Assembly (NCBI GenBank): GCA_020184695.1
Contig: JAANOX010000099.1
Coordinates: 124,001-188,000 of the forward strand
DNA length: 64,000 bases
Source of the DNA: Histomonas meleagridis 2922-C6/04-290x
Taxonomy: Eukaryota > Protista > Parabasalia
Direction: 5' to 3'
A model generated the notes under the pieces. It made no database searches and had not been told where the DNA came from. It saw only the letters and a list, made by a program, of their open reading frames with translations. Shown piece by piece: positions 45,815 through 55,714 of this stretch (positions within the stretch are counted from its first letter, which is position 1; every line of letters starts with the position of its first letter). A program made the position numbers and the translations under genes.

Positions 45815-46807
45815 TCAGTACATATATGTATTTGGTTCTTGTTCGATCACTTCCGGATGTCTCTTAAAGAAGTCACCCCATGACTCATAGCTTGATCCTT
45901 GTTGATCATAGATATAATTCCCCTGTTGTGCTTCAACAGTCGGCACATTATATATTCGATACTCGCTGCCATTTTTCATGTGCAGCACCAAACAATTTGG
46001 CATTGTATCACTAAAACTTCCGTAAAATCCATTTTGAGGATAATCATTCGAAAAAAATAGCCAACTCCCAGTGCTGTTAGAATACTCTAACAATGATGCT
46101 ATCTTGATCATAACAGTTCGGCGAGGCCCGAACATTGCAAGAAATTTGATAAAATCTGATTTTTCAATTATTGATTGATCATTTCGAGATGGTGAAATTA
46201 AGGCTTGAAGAACACTCTCTGCATTGTCAATGGGTTGCATGTTCTGTTTTAGCATGTTAGCTGCTCTATGAATAAATTCTGTCGCATTGAATGATTCACA
46301 TTGATATCCTACAATTTCTTCCCATAAACTCTGTGAGCTGACAAAGAAATTACGAATGAAGTCATCATTAACTGCAAAAGGTAACCCAATGGTAAAATGA
46401 TAAGCTAAATTTTGTGATGATGGAGGATTTGGATTTTCATTGATAACTGTAGGCATTAAAGATGGACTTTTCTTTGTAAATCCTTCTTTAGTCCATTGGG
46501 TCCACCCATCTTTATCGCGTTGAAGTTGTATGAATTTTAAATCTTTAAGATTTACATTTAAAGTGTTAATTTTGATACCCATAACTTCAACCAATATCTT
46601 TTTGTTCATTCGGAATTTTTCATTTGTAATCCAACCAACACCTAATTCTTCTTCAGTTGAAGGATTATTCATAACATAAGTAAGTAAAACATGTAATTTA
46701 GTTGTGAATTGAGACGAAGGATCACGACTACTTTTGCGTCTGAGTATTTTTTGAATATTTGGCGGAAGTTTCATGAATGCTGTGAGGGTTTTTGAGTAGT
46801 TCTCCAT
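45815..46807 (-). CDS. IBP39: Initiator-binding protein IBP39 homologue
   Basis: LPPNIQKILRRKSSRDPSSQF...VMGIKINTLNVNLKDLKFIQLQRDKDGWTQW closely matches the recalled T. vaginalis IBP39 IBD. A C-terminal domain is present. Confidence 0.9.
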   Translation of the reverse strand: MENYSKTLTAFMKLPPNIQKILRRKSSRDPSSQFTTKLHVLLTYVMNNPSTEEELGVGWITNEKFRMNKKILVEVMGIKINTLNVNLKDLKFIQLQRDKDGWTQWTKEGFTKKSPSLMPTVINENPNPPSSQNLAYHFTIGLPFAVNDDFIRNFFVSSQSLWEEIVGYQCESFNATEFIHRAANMLKQNMQPIDNAESVLQALISPSRNDQSIIEKSDFIKFLAMFGPRRTVMIKIASLLEYSNSTGSWLFFSNDYPQNGFYGSFSDTMPNCLVLHMKNGSEYRIYNVPTVEAQQGNYIYDQQGSSYESWGDFFKRHPEVIEQEPNTYMY

Positions 46808-47208
46808 TAAAATTTGGCTTGTTGGGTGACCTGAAATTTACTTCACATTTTGAATACGTTACGTAGAAAAACGGCGACAAAACGATCGTAACACGTTCAA
46901 TTCTTCTCAGAAAATTCTTTTGTATAAATTCAAATGCCATCACCAAAAAATTAATTTCCTTATGCTCATCATATCTTTTTATTATACAAGCACAATGAAA
47001 TGATTAAGTAATGTAGAGTGTTTGTCGATTCTGATGAAAATATTAATTTTTCGATATTCTTCTCGATGAACTTCTAACAAGTTAATATTTTCATGATTTA
47101 ATTGATATAGCATATAAAAATATATTTAGCAATTGGTGTCATTCGCATGATTATAACGAAATTTGAGAATTTTTACTGAAACATTCTTTCATGACTCAGG
47201 CGTAAAGT

Positions 47209-47287
47209 TACGGTTATGATTCAATGACTACTCTCAAAAGTCTGCGGCAGTTTTCATTCAATTTCCGTGGCTGGATGCGAGCGGTTT
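47209..47287 (+). promoter_or_regulatory. Two M3-like motifs upstream of eL41
   Basis: TACGGTTA at 47209-47216 and AGCGGTTT at 47280-47287. Confidence 0.5.
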
Positions 47288-47306
47288 TGTCTGACCACTA
47301 AGATAG

Positions 47307-47384
47307 ATGCGTGGTAAGTGGTTGAAGAAGCGTATGCGGAGACTCAAAAGAAAGAGGAGGCAAATGAGAGCCAAGGCTAGGTAA
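47307..47384 (+). CDS. RPL41: Ribosomal protein eL41/eS32 (25 aa)
   Basis: MRGKWLKKRMRRLKRKRRQMRAKAR*, the canonical eL41 pattern. Too short for the ORF track. Confidence 0.95.
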   Translation: MRGKWLKKRMRRLKRKRRQMRAKAR

Positions 47385-47681
47385 AAACATAAACCATTAT
47401 AAAAATAAAGTTAGTAAATCTTTATTGACATTAAAAAATACTTCTTTTTTAACCAATATTTTACAGCAATTACGTCTTTTCCCACAAGTTAACCAAGACT
47501 TGAAATAAAGTTTTGGTGCATTGAAATATAGTAATAATTCACAAATCATATATATGTTTGAATCAGAGAAATCAAAACATATAACACAAAACTTATAGCT
47601 TTAACAGTATGTCCATTTTTAGATTCAAAAATTTTGAATTAAATGTTCAGCATTAATTGTTCATTTATTCATTTGAAATTT

Positions 47682-48941
47682 CTATTTGAGGCCAACAAGG
47701 TTCAATTTGAATGAGACATATGGGTGATACTCTGATTCATCGTTCATCAAATCATCGTCAGCTGCATCGTCGGTCTGAATTCCATCATTGAACACCTTCT
47801 CGAGCTCTTTGTGGATCTTAGGGATGTTCTTTGGCAAGGCGCAAACTTGGAAGGCCTGGAAGTCAGATTTAATTCCATACAAAAGAATTGATTCAACGAA
47901 GATTCTGATAGCTTTAATATGCATCCATACTATTGCAAGTTGAGAAAATGTTGATTGGAGTTGCTCTGAGTAATTATTAGATTCATTCAGATAATTTTGA
48001 ATTGCTTCTTGTGCCTCCTTTTGGAGTTCTTCACGAAGATTCGGATTGTATGTGAAGTCCTTGATATGCCAGCCCTTTTCTTTAGTGGCACTCTTGTAAT
48101 CATCAAGATTCTTGTAAATGATTGTAACGGCAAAACATGTGTACTCATTATCAGAAGCAAGCTCTTCCAATGAGTTTGGAACAACATAAGGACTGTCAAG
48201 AGTGTAATTATTCTTAAATTCATTAACATATCCATTCTTGACAACAACTAAAACAGTGCTAAGGTTACGTGTGTGTACATATATGGGTGTCTTTGTTGCT
48301 TTGGATGCATGATATTCATCAAGATTTGTAACTGAATACATTGAAGATCCAATTTCATCAAGATTACGAACAAGAAGACTTCCTTCACTCCTCCTACGAA
48401 GGTTTATAATCTTATTGCCGGCATCTGTGAAAGCTGTGCTCGAGTTTCTAATTTGTTCATCAAGTGATTGAACTTCATCTAAAAGTGTTTTATAAATTTC
48501 AACAACGGAACCTTTTTGTGAGAATTGGATATCGTTCCATTCCCATCCTTCAATATATTGGTCAATTGGAATTTCATCAATTTGATTTCCGTTTTGAAGT
48601 GAAACAACAAGCTTTGGTGGAATAGCTGGGTCAAAAGCACAGTTGCATGGGAGATCATCCCAGCCTCTTTGATTATCAGCTTGAATCTTTTTTGATAAAT
48701 CAGAGCAACTTCTAGCAACACGAGTGAGAAGACTAAACGCTTGAAGGTCGAGTTTTCCAACCTCATCAGCAATGGACATTAACTGATCAGTTGAAGAAAA
48801 TTCTGTTAAATTTGATGAGACTGGGAATTGGTGAACCTTACCTAATGAACCAACAATTCCTTCAATGACTTTGTTGATGCTTGTATCTTTTACTTGTGGT
48901 GGTAATTCCTTAGAAAAGGAAAGAAGCAAGTATTGTGCCAT
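47682..48941 (-). CDS. ATP6V1C: V-type ATPase V1 subunit C
   Basis: GSLLVRNLDE, WHIKDFTY and WMHIKAIRIFVESILLYG. Likely start is ATG 48941 after an Inr-like TCATT. Confidence 0.92.
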   Translation of the reverse strand: MAQYLLLSFSKELPPQVKDTSINKVIEGIVGSLGKVHQFPVSSNLTEFSSTDQLMSIADEVGKLDLQAFSLLTRVARSCSDLSKKIQADNQRGWDDLPCNCAFDPAIPPKLVVSLQNGNQIDEIPIDQYIEGWEWNDIQFSQKGSVVEIYKTLLDEVQSLDEQIRNSSTAFTDAGNKIINLRRRSEGSLLVRNLDEIGSSMYSVTNLDEYHASKATKTPIYVHTRNLSTVLVVVKNGYVNEFKNNYTLDSPYVVPNSLEELASDNEYTCFAVTIIYKNLDDYKSATKEKGWHIKDFTYNPNLREELQKEAQEAIQNYLNESNNYSEQLQSTFSQLAIVWMHIKAIRIFVESILLYGIKSDFQAFQVCALPKNIPKIHKELEKVFNDGIQTDDAADDDLMNDESEYHPYVSFKLNLVGLK

Positions 48942-49358
48942 TGGAAATAATGAAGCATACGAACAAAGCTTGTCAAATTTTCTTATCATTTGTTGGCCGA
49001 GGGGCTGAAAACCATGTAAAGCATTCAACGATGTTATCATCAAAAAGAGGGTAAAGAAAAATGGAATTCTACATAAATAAAACCAAAATAAACTTTATGT
49101 TCATATATTAGTTATTCATTCCTTTATCCGTTCTTTCATTTTTTTGGTATTAACTCGGAAAACAAAATAATTTCATTAAATACAAATGTTCAGAAATGAA
49201 ACTTTTCAAATAATTTTTCAATGTAATTTCATTTCATATGCGATAATATTCAATATATGATTAAATCATGGGAATACAAAACATGTTTTAGTATGGAACA
49301 ATAAAAAAACGGTCGATAGAACGTTAAATAAAAATATGGAGAACGTTTATTCAGCAAT

Positions 49359-51517
49359 ATGCCAAAGGAAGACCTCAAAGAATCATACATAAGTATGTTT
49401 AAATTTTAACACCAGAATCATTTCAAAGTTGCGTTGATACAACATGTTGTAATATTTTGGCATATGATCATGTTTCTAAAACAAATCGTCATGGGAAAAC
49501 CGATCACAGATTTTTAGTAATAACAACCTCATCAATGTACCTATGTGTAGGTTTTAAAATGTTAAAAGCTGTTAAAATTTCGGGTATTTTTCCATGGGTT
49601 AATTTAATACAAATAATTTACAATGCACCATCACTTTCTAATCCATTATTTCATCATCTTCTTTTTGTTTTTAAGGATAAGCCAATTCGTCTTCTTTCCG
49701 TTAATCCAGGACCTATTCTTGAAAAAACAATCATTAATTTATATCAATTATTTGGACCTGACCCACCAATCCACATTGAAACAACTCCCCTAGACTTTTC
49801 ATCGGAATCCAAACAACCTTTTTATTTTTGTAATTTATTTGCTTCTTATTGCATATCAAATGAATTATCAATAAATGAGCAAATCTATCATATGCTTGAA
49901 TCGATCCAAAACGAAGCTGAAGAATCTAAAGAAGGGATGATAGTTAATGTACAACGTCTTAAAAGTGATCCCAAGTATACATTTCCACTTTTAACAGCTC
50001 TTTATCGCTCACGAAACATTTCTAATTTAATTATTTCTGGTAATGATGTACAAAGTTTTTTTGATTACATCAATGTAGTTATCGAGAACAATAAGGACAC
50101 ACTTAATTCGCTCACGATTGATGGGTGTAACACGTTAACCAATATTGAATTAATGTATAAAGCACTCATTTCGTCGAACGTTAACTTTCTATCGTTCAAA
50201 AACGTCACTTTTACCGACACATTCATAAAACCGTTTATTGAATTTATGGGTAAATCACTTGTATCACAAATATCATTTGTCCGATGTAAGTTTGCGGATG
50301 GCACATTTAAAGAATTTTCAAATCATTCTAATGAATTTAAAGACATGGACTCATTAATAATTTCACATACAAATTCACTTAAGAATAATGAAACGTTTTT
50401 AGATCTTTTTAACTTTATTTTTTCCATAAAATTACCAAACTTATCATTAATTGATATTGGGACAGATATTACAATGATATTTGATATATTAAATTCTAAA
50501 TCAATACCATTGATATCATTAGATTTATCATATAATAAATGCACCAATTTTAATGGCCGATGTAATTTACCAATAACATTAGCGGAGTTAAAACTTTCAC
50601 ATGTACAATGGGATATAAATAGTTTATATAATATTTTAGATTCACAAAAATTTGTCACGAAAATATCATTAAATGTATCATCAATTGTCGGCACGACATT
50701 TAATGACATCAAATATTTAAAGCCTAAAAAATCGAGTTATTCAATCAAGGAATTTTATTGGAAAAACAACACAATAAATTCCGTTTTTATCGAATTCATT
50801 TCTAATCTTCCGAATTTGGAGTCATTAGGTATCGATGGATGCGAAATCGAAAACAACTTAAATGATCCGATAATGAGCAAAATCGTTACATTCCTTCAAA
50901 ACTGTAAATTAAAAAAACTTTCAATGTGTGGAACAAAAATTAGAAACTACCAAAATAAAATTCAAGAATTCTTTGGGTCTTTCGCTACTTCAACGACCTT
51001 AGAATCAATATCGATCAGTAAGAATAACATCGGCGATAAAGGTTTGGAAAGTTTTGTCGAAGTTTGCGCAAAGAACAATTTGATTAAGTCTGTAAACTTC
51101 TCAAAAAATAACTTTCAGAATCCTCTGAAATTCATTGAATGCTGTAACCGCCTCTCTGAAATTAACCACCTCGAATACGTTACAAAATCGAAAAAAGATT
51201 TATCAAAATTATATCATAATGCTCAAAAATTTGGAGTTGATCCAAGTAAAATTAGTGCGGCTTGGAAAAACTTACAAGAAAAATTAAAAAATAATCGATT
51301 AAAAAATGAAAACGTTTATAACTCAGATTCTATTTTGATTCAAGATGGAAATTATCAAAAGTCACATATAGCAAAGCAAACAGCTTCGTGGGAAATGACG
51401 ATTTTGGTGCCTTATAATAAACAGCCAAGTCAATGGGAAGAATTAAGAAAAAACTTTTCACTCGAAAACTTGACTGGATTTCCACCAGATGAAACAGATT
51501 CGTTAATTGATTTGTAA
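49359..51517 (+). CDS. CARMIL-like protein (PH-like N-terminus plus RNI-like LRRs), two exons if the intron is real
   Basis: KTNRHGKTDHRFLVITTSSMYL and LRRs such as LESISISKNNIGDKG. ATG 49359 joins the long ORF after removal of 49393-49415. Confidence 0.75.
49393..49415 (+). other. Candidate 23-nt spliceosomal intron
   Basis: GTATGTTTAAATTTTAACACCAG has a GTATGT donor, TTTAAC branch-like site and CAG acceptor. Removal restores the frame; unspliced, it hits TAA. Confidence 0.6.
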
Positions 51518-51951
51518 GAATTGTAATTTTTAAATAAACAAGTGTGTGAAAAATTATTGTCAATTTTAATTTCCTTATAAAAATTCATGGCACTTTTCGG
51601 ATGTGAGCATTTCTTGTTCAGAAATTCCCAAAAGGAATTGATTCTAATGTAAATTGATGCATTTAATAAATTCAACAATGAAAAGAAATAAAAATTTGAT
51701 GAATCTATGTGTAGTATTTTTAAAATTCGGAAAAGGTAAGTTTATATTTGAATATAAGTTAACACCTATAAATAAGATAATGCATTATAGGTAGTTATAT
51801 AATTAAAAATGGTAGAATCATATTCCAAACGTAAAATCTATTGATACTTTTATTCAAAATTTTCCATATTATTACAAATCAGTTATACTTTGGTATTAAT
51901 TTTTTCAAATTGGAAAATTATAAAAATGAATATACACATATTTAATAATCA

Positions 51952-52323
51952 TCAAATCATAGTACAAAGTATGGACATGGCTTCATCTTCATCATTGTTA
52001 CACATAAATAAGACTTGGGATATTACAAATAAACTCAACACTCCATTAAATTTCTTTAAAATTTTATCACTGATTTTGATCTTTTCTTTGTCTTCATCCT
52101 TAGAATGATTTACATTTTTTTCTAATAGAAGAAGAGCTGCATTGTTAAGGTTACCATATGCGCTTTGGAGAGCTTTCCTACAATCTTCATCTGACGCATC
52201 TTTAATTATAAACTTTAATTTACTGATTTTTCTTTCAATGGGATCACCTTTAGCATTACTTATCAGTTTATATTGCCCAATTGTGTTGTTGTCTTGTTTA
52301 ATTACTTGATCAGCTGTACTCAT
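51952..52323 (-). CDS. Small protein with two UBA-like domains
   Basis: EDCRKALQSAYGNLNNAALLLL and SQVLFMCNNDEDEAMSIL (Rad23 UBA-like). Likely start is ATG 52323. Confidence 0.6.
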   Translation of the reverse strand: MSTADQVIKQDNNTIGQYKLISNAKGDPIERKISKLKFIIKDASDEDCRKALQSAYGNLNNAALLLLEKNVNHSKDEDKEKIKISDKILKKFNGVLSLFVISQVLFMCNNDEDEAMSILCTMI

Positions 52324-52468
52324 TAAACAAAAATGATTTCGTTGGCAGTTGCATAAAATATTCAGCGAATATATTTTGACACGGCAAAAGTTGTTTGACT
52401 TGTCAAAAGATTCTGTGCCGATATATAACCGACGCTTTATCGTCAGCGGTTTCAGTAACATTTTTTTC

Positions 52469-55336
52469 ATGCTAAATCAAGATAAAAGATTAAATACTTT
52501 TAGTTTTGAAGAAACTCAACAACACAAAAATCAATTTTTATCATATGCCCTTAAATTATATCATATATTATTTTATTTCAAAGAGGAGAATATCAAAAAA
52601 TCACTTGATTTGATCATAAAATTAGATGATGGTACATATTCTTTTACGGAAATGCTTTGCTATTTAATTTTTTCTTCTTTCCAATCACGCAAAATTGATA
52701 TCATGACATGTATTCATATAATTAAGGAAATTAAAATAGATGAAGAAAATAAGAATCGTAAATCACAAATAATTTATGTATTCACAACAATTCTTCTAAG
52801 GTCAAAAATCCGAGAATCGAATTTTCTTCTTGAAGAAATGATAAAATATAATTTAATCGATTCAAAAACTGTTCAAATTAGGAAATCTTTATTATATGCA
52901 CACCGCATGTTACACTATAAAATGTCAAAATTGGAATACGTAGATCCATTTTGGGAGGAATTTTTTAATAATTATGATGAACTTTCAAAGAATGATTGGG
53001 AATTACATATGAAATTAATTGAAGAAGGACAAAATCCGAATGAAATTGCGAAAATAATTCGAAATGATGAAATAGAAAAACTTCAAGAAATATCATCTCA
53101 AAATAATTTTAATTTTAATCAAACAATTAAACCATCACTTTATGAAAGATGTTCATTCATTAATCAAAGAAATGTTTCATTAATTGATTATGCAGCATTT
53201 TTTGGATCTGTTAAATGTTTTAAATATTTACTTATGAATGGTGCAAATGTAAACAATACTGGAAAATATGCAGTTGCAGGTGGAAATGAAGAAATTATTC
53301 ATTTATGCGAACAAAATCATTCATCATTTGAAGATGCATATGAAACAGCAATTGAATTTCATCAAAAAGAAATCTTTTTTTATCTTTTTGAAAAAAAGAT
53401 ACAGAAAATAGATTTAGAAGAATTAGGAACAAAATGTGTTTTATATAATAACTATGAAGTGTTATCTTTTTTGATAAAGAATTCCCTAAAAATTAATGAT
53501 AAACTTATTTTAGAATTTGCATCACATGGTTTTATATATATATTTAAGGAACTTCATTTGGGAATTAATTTGCCAAGATTTATATTGACTTATTCAGTTT
53601 TATCAGGAAATATTGAGCTTGTTAAATATGTTCTTGAGCAAAAAGATATTGAGATTAATATTCAAAATGATTTTTGTTTTGATAATTTAAAATCTAAAAA
53701 TAATGTTTCAAATTTATATAATATATTTAAAACGGCACTGATAATAGCATCTAAAAGAGGTTATAGCGAAATTGTTAAATTACTTCTTGAACAAAAAGAT
53801 ATTGATGTTAATGCTAAAGATATTTATTTGTTATATTTGCTATTTGTTTAGATAATTTAATTTTTTAAAATAATATTTGGAAATGGTTTAAATTATTTAG
53901 AACAGCACTTTATTATGCATCTCAAAATGGTCATATCGAAACAGTCAAATTACTTCTTGAACAAAAAGATATTGATGTTAATGCTAAAGATATTTATTTG
54001 TTATATATGATATTTGTTTAGATAATTTTATTTTTTAAAATATTTTTTGGAAATGATTTAATTTATATAAAACAGCAATTATGAGAGCATCGAGTAATGG
54101 CCATGTTGAAATAGTGAAATTACTTCTTGAACGAAAAGGAGTTGATGTTAATGATAGTGATATTAATTTGTTTAGTTTAATGTTTGATTTTATGATTTGA
54201 AATTCTCAAATATTACTCCAAGTTTGTCAAAATGATTTAATACACCACTTAAATGTGCAGCAAGCAATAATCGTTTTGAAGTTGTTCAATTACTTCTTGA
54301 ACAAAAGGGAATTGATATCAATATCCAAGGTATTAATTTGTTCTATTTTATAATAGTTTTAATCTTTTTGGGTTAAAGCATAATATTTGGAAATTATTTA
54401 AATTTTTTGATACGGCACTTATTAAAGCATCTAAAAAAGGTTACACAGAAATTGTTAAATTACTATTAGAACAAGAAGGAATTGATATAAATAATAAAAA
54501 TATTATTGATTTTTATTAGATGTTTGTTTAAGTGATAAGATGTTTTAAAGTAATAATTGGAATATGTTTGAAATCTTTGGTACAGCATTAATTTATGCAT
54601 CAGAGTTTGGTTATGCAGAAATTGTTAAATTACTATTAGAACAAGAAGGAATTGATATAAATAATGAAAATATTATTGATTTTTATTAGATGTTTGTTTA
54701 AGTGATAAAATGTTTTAAAGTAATAATAGGAATATGTTTGAATTCTTTGGTACAGCATTAATATATGCATCAGAGTTTGGTTATGCAGAAATTGTTAAAT
54801 TAATTCTTGAAAAACAAAAAAATAGTGTCAATAATTATAACATTTATTTATTTTATGTTGGATTTATTTTAACTATTTGAAATTTCTATATATTAATTGA
54901 CATTTATTATAATTATTTAGTAAAGCACTTATAATGGCATCTCACTATGGTCACATCGAAGTTGTTAAATTACTTCTTGAACAAGAAAAAAATTTTATTA
55001 ATTTAGGAGATGTTTTTTAGTGTTATTAAAAATTCATTTACAAAAATTCATATTTCATAGCAATATTTGGAAATTATTGTAAATATTTAAAACAGCACTT
55101 ATGTTTGCAGCAGAAAATGGTCATCTAGAAATTGTTAAATTACTTCTTAAACAAGCAAAAATTCGTGTTGGCTTAAAAGATGTTTGTATGTTTTATTTAA
55201 AATTTATTTCAATAAAATAATATTTCAATATAATATATAAAATTTATTCATGAAATTTTGTACTGCTCTTATGTATGCATCTAAAAATAAGCACCTCGAA
55301 ATTGTAGAATTACTTAAAAATTTTCAAGTTGGTTAG
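52469..55336 (+). CDS. DUF3447-type ankyrin-repeat protein whose C-terminal ankyrin units are each interrupted by fixed-length spacers
   Basis: N-terminal NQTIKPSLYER...LIDYAAFFGSVKCFKYLLMNGA is typical of trichomonad ankyrin proteins. Ten TAL...KD-type units follow, ending TALMYASKNKHLEIVELLKNFQVG-TAG at 55334-55336. Confidence 0.85.
53732..55336 (+). repeat. 170-nt-period array: 90-nt ankyrin unit plus 80-nt non-coding spacer
   Basis: Unit starts at 53732, 53902, 54072, 54242, 54412, 54582, 54752, 54922, 55092 and 55262. All nine spacers were counted as 80 nt. Confidence 0.95.
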
Positions 55337-55714
55337 TAAAGTTTTAGATATTAATCAAAATTATGCAAATCATATTTTGTCTTCTAATATTATTAAAAAT
55401 ATAATGTTATTTAAATTTCAAATTCCACTTTGTGAATAAATTTTATATGCATACACTCTTTCAATTAATATAGTTTTATTATACTATTACACTTAATGAT
55501 ACTATTACTCTGAATAAAAAGCATTCTGAGAAGATGAAAATAATATTTTAATTATTTCTTTATTTTCAAAGTTTCATCATTACCAAACAACTTTAAACAT
55601 ATGGAAACGCATTTTCTATTTGATTTTGGACAGTAAACGAGAAGTATTATTGCGATGCATCAAATTAAAAATTCGATTTTTATTAAAAATATATTAAATC
55701 CAAAATGACACATT

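Noticed and set aside
47217-47298. Box C/D snoRNA upstream of eL41
   Set aside because: CTGA is present, but the box C is poor (ATGATTC) and there is no convincing terminal stem. The M3-like motifs explain part of the GC content.
53822-55261. Stop-codon reassignment or simple gene-60-style bypass (TTT take-off at 22-24, TTT landing at 75-77)
   Set aside because: Recoding cannot fix an 80-nt frame shift. TAA, TAG and TGA all terminate normal genes here. Three spacers have stops before the putative take-off codon.
53820-55264. U12-type AT-AC introns as the explanation for the ankyrin spacers
   Set aside because: The AT and AC come from the flanking Asp and Thr codons. Removing AT...AC breaks the frame, one unit lacks AC, and there is no ATATCC donor or TCCTTAAC branch site.
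53732-55336. CRISPR-like repeat/spacer array
   Set aside because: The repeats are 90-nt divergent protein-coding ankyrin units in a eukaryote. They are not palindromic direct repeats, and no cas genes are present.
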